Source of the DNA: Candidatus Saccharibacteria bacterium oral taxon 488
GTDB taxonomy: Bacteria; Patescibacteriota; Saccharimonadia; Saccharimonadales; Saccharimonadaceae
Assembly: GCA_010202845.1 (NCBI GenBank)
Contig: CP047921.1
Location: forward strand, 570,001 to 602,000
Length of the DNA stretch: 32,000 nt
Reading direction: 5' to 3'
The translations under genes and the position numbers were made by a program. Each line of letters begins with the position of its first letter. Positions within the stretch are counted from its first letter, which is position 1. A model generated the notes under the pieces. The model saw nothing but the letters and a program-made list of their open reading frames with translations, did no database searches and was not told where the DNA came from. Of the stretch, positions 9,457-18,339 are shown one piece after another.

Positions 9457-10294
9457 ATCCAACTCCGTACTTATCGCACATTGTCGAACGGATGTTGCGC
9501 TGCACATTGGTTCTAGTGTATGTCGACCCAGTATCGTGTACCTGGACGGCTGCCGTGATCGCCCCGGCAACCAGTACCGCTCCGGCTGCACCCAGCAAAA
9601 TCAGAGACATTGTCTTAGATGTGTTACGGCCAGAAATAATCCCCTTGAGCATCCACAACGTCACGCCGATTACCCCTAATGCCAAGAGATATGGCACAAA
9701 CTCGGCGAGATATAGCGCACCATACACCCTATCGGCACTGCCCGCACCGATAAATAGTAGTGAACTAATGAGAACTGTTATTATTTTTGCTACAAGCACT
9801 ATTGCTGGAATTATTAATGCACCAAATGCGCCGTATGTTACTACTTTATACGCTGTCCGGCTAGTGTAGTTGTCGCGGTCCGAGATAGCCCGCGAGACAC
9901 GACCAAATGTAATAAGCGCAACGACTGCAAATAGTGTCGCCAACACACCCGCCATGACGATACCCGTCCCTGGTGTCACCATATTTATTGACAGTATGTC
10001 AGCCAACCAGCCACCAATCGAAGTCGAAGTCGTTGTCGTTGCACCATTAGCCTTCACCCAAGCGCCAAACAACGCCACCAATACCTGCGCAAATAACAAC
10101 GCCGAAACGACTGTTGATACCATCGCCAGCAGATACTCAAATGTCAGCCACTTTGCCTTGCCGCGATTTGGATCAACTGTAGCCTGAGGGTAGTATGCTG
10201 TTGGCTGCGATGCATACTGTGGAGCTGGCGGAACATCTGTGTCCTGTGCCGGCTGCACCATCTCTGGTGTTGATGTTATTTTCTTTTGTGTCAT
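9449..10294 (-). CDS. polytopic membrane protein (about 5 TM) with a P/Q/Y-rich N-terminus, hypothetical
   Basis: 281-aa ORF with GGAGG 9 nt upstream of the ATG. It has five long hydrophobic segments and a C-terminal CDKYGVGC. Its stop overlaps the preferred start of the downstream gene. Confidence 0.7.
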   Translation of the reverse strand: MTQKKITSTPEMVQPAQDTDVPPAPQYASQPTAYYPQATVDPNRGKAKWLTFEYLLAMVSTVVSALLFAQVLVALFGAWVKANGATTTTSTSIGGWLADILSINMVTPGTGIVMAGVLATLFAVVALITFGRVSRAISDRDNYTSRTAYKVVTYGAFGALIIPAIVLVAKIITVLISSLLFIGAGSADRVYGALYLAEFVPYLLALGVIGVTLWMLKGIISGRNTSKTMSLILLGAAGAVLVAGAITAAVQVHDTGSTYTRTNVQRNIRSTMCDKYGVGCD

Positions 10295-10325
10295 AATTAT
10301 TACCTCCGCTTATGCTACCCTCATT

Positions 10326-12296
10326 CTACATGGTCTGGCGAATTTCTGCAATCAAATCACGCAGCTCCGCGGCTTTTTCAAACTCCAGGTTGGCGCTATG
10401 CAGCTCCATTTGACCAGTCAACTCCTTGATCAGCGTCGGATATTCGTCCTTTGGAATCTTCTTCAAATCAAGTTTTGGCTTTTTGTCCGATTCTTTTTGC
10501 GGGATGATAGAACGCAAGCCATCGTCAATCTTCTTTTGAATAGTTTGCGGCGTGATGCCATGCTCTTCGTCATATTGCTGCTGGATCGCACGCCGACGAT
10601 TCGTCTCATCAATCGCTCGCCGCATACTGTCAGTCACATTGTCGCCGTACATCAGCACTCGCCCATCCACATGCCGCGCCGCCCGGCCAATCGTCTGAAT
10701 CAGTGCCTGCTCACTACGAAGGAACCCTTCTTTATCAGCGTCCATAATCGCCACCAAACTGACTTCTGGCAGATCCAGCCCCTCGCGCAGCAAATTGATA
10801 CCAACCAAGACGTCGTACGTTCCCAGTCGCAGATCCTTCAAAATATCGCCGCGTTCCAGCGTGTCAATTTCACTGTGTAGATACGCCGTTTTCACGCCAT
10901 TGTCCGTCAAATAAGCGCTCAAATCCTCGGCCATGCGCTTGGTCAAGGTGGTCACCAGTACGCGGTGGCCCTTGGCGATGGTCTGGCGAATCTCCTCCAT
11001 CAAATCATCAACCTGCCCGTCAGTCGGCCGCACCTCAATCGGCGGATCAAGCAGCCCCGTCGGCCGAATCAACTGTTCAGCCGGCTTTGGCGAGTGAGCC
11101 AGTTCATAGTCGCCCGGCGTAGCAGAAACATAAATCGCCTGATGAATATGCTGATCAAATTCATCAAACCTCAGTGGACGATTATCCAGCGCACTCGGCA
11201 AACGAAAACCATGTTCCACCAACACTTCCTTGCGCGCCCGGTCGCCGTTATACATGCCGCGGACTTGGGGCAAGGTCATATGCGACTCATCGACCAGTAG
11301 CAGCCAATCATCGGGAAAATAATCAATCAACGTTGCCGGCTGCTCGCCTGACTCGCGGTCAGTCAGATAGCGCGAATAATTCTCAATGCCTTTGACAAAG
11401 CCAGTTTCTTTCAGCATCTCCAGGTCATATTTAGTGCGCTGAGCTAGGCGCTGTGCCTCCAGTAATTTGTCGTGCGACTCAAACCATTTCAGCCGCTCGT
11501 CAAATTCTTTTTCGATGCCAGTGATGGCTTTTTCAATTCGTTCACGCGGCGTCGAATAGTGGCTAGACGGGAAAATCGTCAGGCTAGCTGGCTGATCCAA
11601 AATCTCGCCAGTCAGCGGATCGATTCGCGTGAGTCTCTCAACTTCATCGCCAAAAAACTCCACTCGCACCGCCGTGTCCTGCCCAGCCGGGAAAATATCC
11701 ACCACGTCGCCACGCACCCTGAAAGTACCGCGCACGAAATCAACATCATTGCGCTTATACTGAATATCAGTCAGCAAGCGAATAAACTTATCCTGCACCC
11801 GCCGCTCGCCGACCGTCAATTGGATCGCCATATCAGCATACGTCTCCGGCGAGCCAATGCCGTAAATACAAGACACGCTCGCCACGATAATAACGTCGCG
11901 CCGCGTCAGCAGCGCCGAGGTCGCCGCATGCCGCAGCCGATCGATTTCATCATTAATTTTTGAGTCTTTCTCAATGTAGGTGTCGCTACTGGCGATGTAG
12001 GCTTCTGGCTGATAATAATCAAAATAACTGACAAAATAATGCACTTCATTGTCCGGAAAAAACTCCTTAAACTCAGAAAATAACTGCGCCGCCAAGGTTT
12101 TGTTATGTGCCAACACCAGCGTCGGCACATTGGCTCGGGCAATAATATTTGCCATAGTAAAGGTTTTGCCTGACCCCGTCACGCCCAATAGAGTCTGCTC
12201 GCGCTCGCCCCGCTCCAAACCATCCACCAACTGAGCAATCGCCGTCGGCTGGTCGCCGGTCGGCTGATACCTGGAAACGAGATTAAATTGATTCAC
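10326..12296 (-). CDS. uvrB: excinuclease ABC subunit B
   Basis: 656 aa. It has the N-terminus [20 protein letters not shown], Walker A GVTGSGKT and a C-terminal UVR motif [13 protein letters not shown]. The start codon is GTG. Confidence 0.95.
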   Translation of the reverse strand: MNQFNLVSRYQPTGDQPTAIAQLVDGLERGEREQTLLGVTGSGKTFTMANIIARANVPTLVLAHNKTLAAQLFSEFKEFFPDNEVHYFVSYFDYYQPEAYIASSDTYIEKDSKINDEIDRLRHAATSALLTRRDVIIVASVSCIYGIGSPETYADMAIQLTVGERRVQDKFIRLLTDIQYKRNDVDFVRGTFRVRGDVVDIFPAGQDTAVRVEFFGDEVERLTRIDPLTGEILDQPASLTIFPSSHYSTPRERIEKAITGIEKEFDERLKWFESHDKLLEAQRLAQRTKYDLEMLKETGFVKGIENYSRYLTDRESGEQPATLIDYFPDDWLLLVDESHMTLPQVRGMYNGDRARKEVLVEHGFRLPSALDNRPLRFDEFDQHIHQAIYVSATPGDYELAHSPKPAEQLIRPTGLLDPPIEVRPTDGQVDDLMEEIRQTIAKGHRVLVTTLTKRMAEDLSAYLTDNGVKTAYLHSEIDTLERGDILKDLRLGTYDVLVGINLLREGLDLPEVSLVAIMDADKEGFLRSEQALIQTIGRAARHVDGRVLMYGDNVTDSMRRAIDETNRRRAIQQQYDEEHGITPQTIQKKIDDGLRSIIPQKESDKKPKLDLKKIPKDEYPTLIKELTGQMELHSANLEFEKAAELRDLIAEIRQTM

Positions 12297-12303
12297 ATTT
12301 CCT

Positions 12304-12312
12304 ATTGTAGCA
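12304..12312 (-). promoter_or_regulatory. extended -10 (TGcTACAAT) 7 nt upstream of the uvrB GTG
   Basis: The minus strand reads gaTGcTACAATaggaaatGTG. AGGAA is too close to the start to act as an SD. Confidence 0.4.
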
Positions 12313-12315
12313 TCG

Positions 12316-12345
12316 TTGACAAATACCGATTGTTCATGATATAGT
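12316..12345 (+). promoter_or_regulatory. sigma70-type promoter for the LOG-family gene (TTGACA-18 nt-TATAGT)
   Basis: TTGACA at 12316..12321 and TATAGT at 12340..12345. A 38-nt leader with AAGGG follows before ATG 12384. Confidence 0.55.
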
Positions 12346-12383
12346 TAACAAGTTATCAGCGATAAAACAAAAAGGGCACTTCA

Positions 12384-13070
12384 ATGACTCCACAACATAC
12401 ATGTATTCCGCGTGATGTACAGCTACAAGCTGCAATGTTCCGCCTCGGCAAGATGGAAGACGAAATCCAGAGCGGCTACGAAATTCTCCGAAAATATCAG
12501 AAAACAATAACCATCTTTGGCTCGGCGCGCACCGATCCAAATAGTGCTTATTATCACGCTGCAAAAGAAACAGCTGAACGGCTAGCCAAGCTCGGTTACG
12601 CCATCGTTTCCGGCGGCGGACACGGCATTATGGGCGCTGCCAATGAAGGCGCCAACAAGGCCGTCCAGGAGGGCGCGCGGGCTGCTGGCGGCGAGTCAAT
12701 TGCCTTCAACATCCGGCTGCCGCATGAACAGGAAGTCAATAAGTATACTACCGAGGTGTTTGAGTTTCAGCACTTTGCGCCGCGGAAGATTGTCATGACC
12801 ATGTTTGCCAATGCCTATATTTACTTCCCGGGCGGCTTCGGTACGTTGGATGAGCTGGCGGAAATATTAACGCTAATCCAGACTGAAAAAGCCAACCGTG
12901 CACCGGTGATCTTGTTCGACACAGCGTTTTGGAGCGATTTGGACGCCTTTTTCCGCAACCATATGTTGGCCGAAGGAGCTATCGTCGAGAAAGACCTGGA
13001 TATTTATACTATCACCGATAGCGTTGACGAGATCATTGATCTGGTACAAGCAAATAAGACTTATTGCTGA
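12384..13070 (+). CDS. LOG family (TIGR00730) Rossmann-fold protein, putative nucleotide 5'-monophosphate nucleosidase / phosphoribohydrolase
   Basis: 228 aa with the family motifs SGGGHGIMGAANEGA and PGGFGTLDEL. Confidence 0.85.
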   Translation: MTPQHTCIPRDVQLQAAMFRLGKMEDEIQSGYEILRKYQKTITIFGSARTDPNSAYYHAAKETAERLAKLGYAIVSGGGHGIMGAANEGANKAVQEGARAAGGESIAFNIRLPHEQEVNKYTTEVFEFQHFAPRKIVMTMFANAYIYFPGGFGTLDELAEILTLIQTEKANRAPVILFDTAFWSDLDAFFRNHMLAEGAIVEKDLDIYTITDSVDEIIDLVQANKTYC

Positions 13071-13087
13071 TCACCTATCGTGTCAAT

Positions 13088-13729
13088 TCAGACTTTTTGG
13101 GATTTCTTCAGGGTATTTGCGTTTTGCTGGGACTTTTTATGAGGTTTTTTACTAGCAGATTTTTTAGATTTTACGGGCACGGCAGCTGACTTGCGGCGTT
13201 TTGGTTTAGCGTTGGCTACTGGTAACTGGAACGGCGACGCGGACTTGACTGGCTCACTGACGGCCGAGGCAACATAGCAAATCCCGCCCTCGCAGACGAC
13301 GCGCTCAACAGTCGGCGTATGCGTGCGCGGATGGGCTGAAAAACGACGGGTTATTTCATAGCCAAGCCCGCGCTTACCAGATTCGATACGATGTTGACCG
13401 TATGGTAATTGATGATGATAATTTTCGACGATATCCACCGGATGAAATGAGATAACCTGCCCGTCAAAATCCATCATCACCCAGTCGCTAGCTCTCGCCC
13501 AGGCTGTCTGATCAATCCGCGGCGCAGCAGCCATTAGCGCCTGATACACTTCTCTGCCCGTCGTGTCCGCCGGATCAAGCCCAAGCGCACGGATAATTGA
13601 ATGAGCCCGAGCTAAAATCTCAGTAATCAACCTCGCATCGCTATCATCGCCGGCCATTCGTCTGAGCTCACTCACGGCAACTCGTGTCCGCACTGAATCA
13701 CCCAATAATTTTGTTAAGTTTCTTGACAT
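13088..13729 (-). CDS. hypothetical protein with a lysine-rich basic C-terminal tail
   Basis: 213-aa ORF whose start shares 1 nt with the PfkB-kinase stop. I recognise no motif. The last ~45 residues are KPKRRKSAAVPVKSKKSASKKPHKKSQQNANTLKKSQKV. Confidence 0.6.
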   Translation of the reverse strand: MSRNLTKLLGDSVRTRVAVSELRRMAGDDSDARLITEILARAHSIIRALGLDPADTTGREVYQALMAAAPRIDQTAWARASDWVMMDFDGQVISFHPVDIVENYHHQLPYGQHRIESGKRGLGYEITRRFSAHPRTHTPTVERVVCEGGICYVASAVSEPVKSASPFQLPVANAKPKRRKSAAVPVKSKKSASKKPHKKSQQNANTLKKSQKV

Positions 13730-14691
13730 TAAAACTCCTTTTCGCTTAGTGGCATGGCATGTAGTCGCGCACCTTGATATAAGATACCGGTTTTAGCACC
13801 AATATGATTGACGACCGAGCTTGAATTTGCGCTGGCAAATACTACTGCGTCCTTCAGCTGGGCGCCATGAGCCCACTGACTCAAAAAGCCACTGGCAAAT
13901 GCATCACCTGCGCCAGTCCGATCAATTGCTGGCACATCCTCGTACATCGCTGCTCTGACAATCGTTACGCCATCAGATACCATCGAGCCATTCACGCCGT
14001 CTGTCAGCAACACCACCGGCACGAGATCTTTCGCTCGCCGCACCAGCTGTTCCAGATCATCACCCGGCACTAACTGTTGCATCTCTTCTTTATTCAGCGC
14101 CAATACCTCCACATCACCTAGCAGTCCCATTAACTTCTCGCGCTGTGCTAGCTCTCGCTTGCCTGGATTAAAGCAAATTTTCATACCAGCTGCTCGCGCC
14201 TCACGAAATACCTTATCCAAGACCGTCATCTGACCCGCCAGCGTCGACACATATAGCCAATCAGCCGCAATATCCGCCACGGTAAAATCAGCCGCGTGAT
14301 AATGCGTTGATGCGCCGCGATACGTCAAAATTGTCCGCTCACCGTTTGGCGCCAATAACAATACCGAGTAGCCCGTATTGTATTTTTGAGAAAATCGAAC
14401 ATACCGCGTATCAACATTCTCGGCGTCCAGATCATCCAACACCGCTTGGCCAGCCGGATCACGGCCGACAACGCCCAAAAACATCACTTCGTGGCCCTGC
14501 CTGGCAAAGGTTACCGCGGCATTCGTCGCACCACCACCTGTCGAAAAATGGATCTGGTTGACGTCGGCCTTGGCACCAAGTTCTAACTTAGCAAAACAAC
14601 GTTCTGGACTATCGCATACCGGAGCCAAGGCGTCTGACTGGCTTAAAAAAACATCCTGCACGCCTGCACCGACAGTAATAATTTTCGCCAT
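13729..14691 (-). CDS. PfkB-family carbohydrate kinase (ribokinase / phosphofructokinase-B like; substrate unknown)
   Basis: 320 aa with the GG motif STGGGATNAA and PfkB signature 2, DRTGAGDAFASGF. Its start shares 1 nt with the fba stop. Confidence 0.85.
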   Translation of the reverse strand: MAKIITVGAGVQDVFLSQSDALAPVCDSPERCFAKLELGAKADVNQIHFSTGGGATNAAVTFARQGHEVMFLGVVGRDPAGQAVLDDLDAENVDTRYVRFSQKYNTGYSVLLLAPNGERTILTYRGASTHYHAADFTVADIAADWLYVSTLAGQMTVLDKVFREARAAGMKICFNPGKRELAQREKLMGLLGDVEVLALNKEEMQQLVPGDDLEQLVRRAKDLVPVVLLTDGVNGSMVSDGVTIVRAAMYEDVPAIDRTGAGDAFASGFLSQWAHGAQLKDAVVFASANSSSVVNHIGAKTGILYQGARLHAMPLSEKEF

Positions 14692-15602
14692 TACACCACC
14701 GCCTTTCCGGCTGAATCGAAGGCTTGAATTTTCGTCTCAACCACCTCCTGAACGGCCATGTACACTGGTGGCATTAGTTTGACGATGGCGTATTCGTTTG
14801 GATTTTCACGTAAGGTTTTTTCCAGCGTCGTGCGGAAAGTGTAGCGCATGTCGGAGTTGATGTTGATTTTGGAGACGCCAATTTTTGCTGCGTCCTCAAA
14901 ATAATGCAGCGGCGTACCTGATCCGCCATGAAGCGAAATCTGGCAATGAAGCGCCTCGCGGATGCGCGCTAATAATTCCAAATCCAGCACTTTCGGCACC
15001 GGATACAACCCGTGCAAATTCCCCACTGCCGCCGCAAAGGTGTCAATTCCCGTCGCTTCAACAAATGCCCGCGCGCCATCCGGCGTGGAAAAGGTTTTCT
15101 TAATTTCTTCATAATCAATCGCCTCGGTATGTACGTTTGATGAACCCCAAAAATAATGCGGCTCGGCTTCCACCAACGCGCCGGTGAACTTGGCGTACTC
15201 GACAACTTCGCGGGTTTTGGCGATGATTTCCTCATCCGAGGCATCGTGATTTGCCTGGGAAATATCGATATGCACAAACTCATAACCCGCGTCAATCGCC
15301 CGCTTGCAGCCCTCCACCGTCGGCCCATGATCTAAGTTCAAATAAATCTCGATGCCGTATTCAGCCTTATAATTATCCACCAAATCGCGCACGTTCTCCA
15401 GCCCCATGGCCTTAACCTCGGCGTCTGATACTTCCACCAGCACTGGCGATTGGAGCTTCTGCGCCGCCCGCGCCACTGCGATCAGCGTTTCTTGATTATC
15501 AATATTAAACGCCCCGACCGCAAAATGTTGCGCTCGTGTCCGCTGCATCAAATGGCGCGCATGCGTGGTATTGCGCCGAATGTCAGAAATTGTCAGTCCC
15601 AT
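14691..15602 (-). CDS. fba: class II fructose/tagatose-bisphosphate aldolase
   Basis: 303 aa with FNIDNQETL, LNLDHGP and SLHGGSG segments typical of class II (metal-dependent) FBA-family aldolases. Confidence 0.88.
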   Translation of the reverse strand: MGLTISDIRRNTTHARHLMQRTRAQHFAVGAFNIDNQETLIAVARAAQKLQSPVLVEVSDAEVKAMGLENVRDLVDNYKAEYGIEIYLNLDHGPTVEGCKRAIDAGYEFVHIDISQANHDASDEEIIAKTREVVEYAKFTGALVEAEPHYFWGSSNVHTEAIDYEEIKKTFSTPDGARAFVEATGIDTFAAAVGNLHGLYPVPKVLDLELLARIREALHCQISLHGGSGTPLHYFEDAAKIGVSKININSDMRYTFRTTLEKTLRENPNEYAIVKLMPPVYMAVQEVVETKIQAFDSAGKAVV

Positions 15603-15634
15603 ATACCCTTTTATCCCTTATGCTACTTATGGTT

Positions 15635-15663
15635 ATTATAGCAGCGGTGACGGAAAATGAAAA
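15635..15663 (-). promoter_or_regulatory. promoter for fba (TTTTCA-17 nt-TGcTATAAT), giving a ~32-nt leader with AAGGG
   Basis: The minus strand reads TTTTCAttttccgtcaccgcTGcTATAATaaccataagtagcataagggataaaagggtatATG. Confidence 0.5.
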
Positions 15664-15862
15664 GAGGCGAAGGGGTTTTACAATTTATTTTTGTACGGTT
15701 TTCGTCAAAATGCTGGTCTTATCTTTTGGCTCATCATGGGGTCAATCCTCATGAGGGAACTCGGTATTTTCACTTATGCAGCAGCATGGGAGATCGCGAC
15801 ACTTGTGACAATTTCCTGTATAGCTGTGGACGCTCGAGAAATTCCCTGGCGTCTGCGCAAGC

Positions 15863-16825
15863 CTAAATAAATGATAGGTTATCTTTTACGTGCCGGACAA
15901 CTGCTTCGACATCTAGTCCATGCTTCTGCCATAATTCAGCTACCGAGCCGCTTTCGCCGAACTGGTCGCGGACGCCGATACGCTTTATTTTGACTGGCAA
16001 TTTCTCGCCGAGTACTTCCGCCACCGCGCTACCAAATCCGCCGGCAATTTGCCCTTCTTCTGCTGTCACCACACGGCCGCATTTTTGGGCGGCGGCAACG
16101 ACCGCTGCTTCGTCCAGCGGCTTGATAGTGTTAAAATGCACGACTTCTGCCTGAATGCCGGCGTACGCCAATTGTTCTGCCACCATGAGGAGTTGATACG
16201 TCATCGTGCCAGTACCGAGTAACGCCACATCAGTGCCTTGGCGCAGTACGGACGCTCGGCCTATGGCCACCTCACCATCCAAAAACAGCGGCATGTCAGC
16301 TCGCGGCAACCGCACATAATTTGGCCGTGGATCAGCCGCCATCACTGCTGCCATCATTTCGGCCTCGTAGGCATCACCTGGTGCCAAGACCACCATGTTT
16401 GGTAAACTCCGCATCAGTGCGATGTCCTCCAGCATTTGGTGCGTCGCGCCATCCGCACCAACATTCAGCCCGGCATGTGAACCGACCAGCTTGACCAGCT
16501 GATTATTCAGACAAATTGTCGTCCGAATTTGCTCCCAATTACGCCCCGGACTAAACGCCGCGTAGCTAGCCGCAAACGAGATATTACCCATCGCTGCTAG
16601 TCCTGACGCCACTGTCACCAGATTTTGCTCCGCCACACCAACCTCAATGAACCGCGGCGCACCGATTCGCTCGGCAAATTCGCCAAAGCCAACACTTCCT
16701 GCCAAGTCAGCGCTTAGCGCCACAACCTGACTATTGTTCATTGCTGTGTGAACTAGCCCATGGCCAAAACTAAGCCGCATCGACGCGGTATTTCCCGCGC
16801 GCCAATCGTCCCGCAACATGCTCAT
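15863..16825 (-). CDS. transketolase, C-terminal (pyrimidine-binding) subunit
   Basis: 320 aa with GVAEQNLVTVASGLA and GADGATHQMLEDIALMR. It has a 4-nt overlap with the N-terminal subunit gene. Confidence 0.9.
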   Translation of the reverse strand: MSMLRDDWRAGNTASMRLSFGHGLVHTAMNNSQVVALSADLAGSVGFGEFAERIGAPRFIEVGVAEQNLVTVASGLAAMGNISFAASYAAFSPGRNWEQIRTTICLNNQLVKLVGSHAGLNVGADGATHQMLEDIALMRSLPNMVVLAPGDAYEAEMMAAVMAADPRPNYVRLPRADMPLFLDGEVAIGRASVLRQGTDVALLGTGTMTYQLLMVAEQLAYAGIQAEVVHFNTIKPLDEAAVVAAAQKCGRVVTAEEGQIAGGFGSAVAEVLGEKLPVKIKRIGVRDQFGESGSVAELWQKHGLDVEAVVRHVKDNLSFI

Positions 16826-17682
16826 ACGCCCACCCCTTCTTCCGGCTGTTTCTTAGCCAGTAAACCCAATTGTGTCAGCGCCGCGGCGGCCTGCTCGGCA
16901 TTTGGCGCCTTGCCGTGCCATCGATAATCGCCCTCCATAAAATCAACGCCGCGCCCAGGTACCGTATGCGCGATAATCACGCTCGGTTGCTCGCGTACTG
17001 CCTGTGCTGCTTCAATTGCCGCGATAATTCGCGCCACGTCATGCCCGTCGATTTCCTGCACCTGCCAACCGAAACTGCGCCACTTCTCACCCAAATCATT
17101 CAGCGGCATGACTTTTTCTGTATCGCCGCCAATTTGAATAGTATTACGATCAACGATAGTGATTAGCCGGCCTAATTTATACTTGGCTGCAAACATCGCC
17201 GCCTCCCAAATATTGCCTTCATTAAGTTCACCGTCACCTAAACTACAATATATGAAGCGTTCCGAATTCTGTAAATACTGCAAATGATATGCCATGCCAG
17301 CAGCCTGACTGAGACCGCAGCCAAGCGGCCCGCTCGTCGTCTCTAGCCCTGGTAATTTTACCCGCTCCGGATGCCCTTGTAGCCGCGAGCCAAACTGCCG
17401 CAAACTCATTAACTCTGATTCCGATAAAAATCCGCGCATCGCCATCGCCGCGTATAGCAGTGGTGCATAATGGCCGTTACTCATGACGAACAGATCGCGA
17501 TCAGGCCAATCCGGCTCTTCTGGCCGCAATCTAAGAATCCGAAAATACAGCACCGCCATCACATCAGCAAACCCCAGCGGTCCCGCCACATGACCACTAC
17601 CAGCAGCCGTCACTTGGCGAATAATCAGCTGCCGTAACTCTTGCGCCTTCTTTTCTAGCTGGCCAGTCGTGAGTTGGCTCAT
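16822..17682 (-). CDS. transketolase, N-terminal (TPP-binding) subunit
   Basis: 286 aa with GSGHVAGPLGFADVMAVLY and the TPP motif GDGELNEGNIWEA. Confidence 0.9.
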   Translation of the reverse strand: MSQLTTGQLEKKAQELRQLIIRQVTAAGSGHVAGPLGFADVMAVLYFRILRLRPEEPDWPDRDLFVMSNGHYAPLLYAAMAMRGFLSESELMSLRQFGSRLQGHPERVKLPGLETTSGPLGCGLSQAAGMAYHLQYLQNSERFIYCSLGDGELNEGNIWEAAMFAAKYKLGRLITIVDRNTIQIGGDTEKVMPLNDLGEKWRSFGWQVQEIDGHDVARIIAAIEAAQAVREQPSVIIAHTVPGRGVDFMEGDYRWHGKAPNAEQAAAALTQLGLLAKKQPEEGVGV

Positions 17683-17688
17683 GGTAAA

Positions 17689-18339
17689 CTACCCGAGCAC
17701 ACCCGTCTTGCTAATTTCCTGCTGGAGTTTAGCGAACATTGCTGGTGGATCAGTTGCTTTTTGGATTGTCCCGCCAACGTTCAGGACGTTCACGCCGCCC
17801 TGAACAAGGCTATAAGCATTGTCAACCATCACACCACCATCCCAACCAATTTCAACATTCGGATTAATCATCTTGACGAGCCGAATTTTTTCCAGCTGCA
17901 TCAGGCTGGCTGTTCCGCCAAACTTACCTAGCTCACCGCTGAAAATCAGGACATGCTCTGCCTCTTTGATAAGCTCTTCGACGGTTTGCGGCACTGTTGG
18001 CTTGAGCAGTGCTAGCCCAGCCATAATACCCGAGCGCTTAATTTCTTTGAGTGCCCCCAACACGTCGCCTTCGGCCTCGGCATGAATAATAATCAAATGC
18101 GGCCTCAGTGCGATTAACTTCGGTACATACTCATCTAGTTTGTTCACCATGGCGTGAATATCAATCGTCCAACCTTCTGGTGCCCATAATTCTGGGATGC
18201 TGACCGTAAAGGTCGGCGCAAATTCACCATCAGTCAAATCGATATGCACCCGCTCAGCAAAGCCGGTAATTCTATCGACTTGCTCTTTGTATTGCTGGGC
18301 ATTTTCTGCCAAAATTGCCGGGGCGATAACACTACTCAT
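17689..18339 (-). CDS. rpe: ribulose-phosphate 3-epimerase family protein
   Basis: 216 aa with a ribulose-phosphate-binding barrel pattern (IAPAILA, HIDLTDGEFAP, C-terminal GGV). It sits between rpiB and tkt with a 4-nt overlap to rpiB. It is divergent from canonical Rpe. Confidence 0.78.
   Translation of the reverse strand: MSSVIAPAILAENAQQYKEQVDRITGFAERVHIDLTDGEFAPTFTVSIPELWAPEGWTIDIHAMVNKLDEYVPKLIALRPHLIIIHAEAEGDVLGALKEIKRSGIMAGLALLKPTVPQTVEELIKEAEHVLIFSGELGKFGGTASLMQLEKIRLVKMINPNVEIGWDGGVMVDNAYSLVQGGVNVLNVGGTIQKATDPPAMFAKLQQEISKTGVLG

Noticed and set aside
9457-9591. The long 660-aa version of the PilX-like ORF (track start 9591, or internal M at 9507).
   Set aside because: It would overlap the upstream membrane-protein gene by 59-143 nt and add a non-hydrophobic, Arg/Cys-rich leader. 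GTG 9456 has a GGAG SD at ideal spacing and gives the typical short overlap. The longer forms are not strictly excluded.
10239-10880. Long antisense ORFs inside well-supported genes. Examples are 10239-10880(+), 11472-11963(+), 24912-25409(-), 21268-21738(-), 4469-4933(+), 1163-1594(+), 1718-2110(+) and 22935-23321(+).
   Set aside because: Each lies entirely within a conserved, motif-bearing gene on the opposite strand. Their products are low-complexity and Arg/Ser/Pro-rich with no recognisable motifs, which is typical of shadow ORFs.
12295-12300. An ATGTGA start-stop mini-ORF overlapping the uvrB GTG start.
   Set aside because: It is a by-product of the sequence aATGTGAat. The uvrB frame, with its canonical N-terminus, starts at the GTG, and there is no evidence that the mini-ORF matters.
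15657-15866. A 69-aa plus-strand ORF (MKRGEGVLQF...CDNFLYSCGRSR) in the large tktC-fba spacer.
   Set aside because: It has no SD or -10 at leaderless distance, an odd composition, and it runs into the convergent tktC stop. I keep the spacer as an unexplained region rather than calling a gene.
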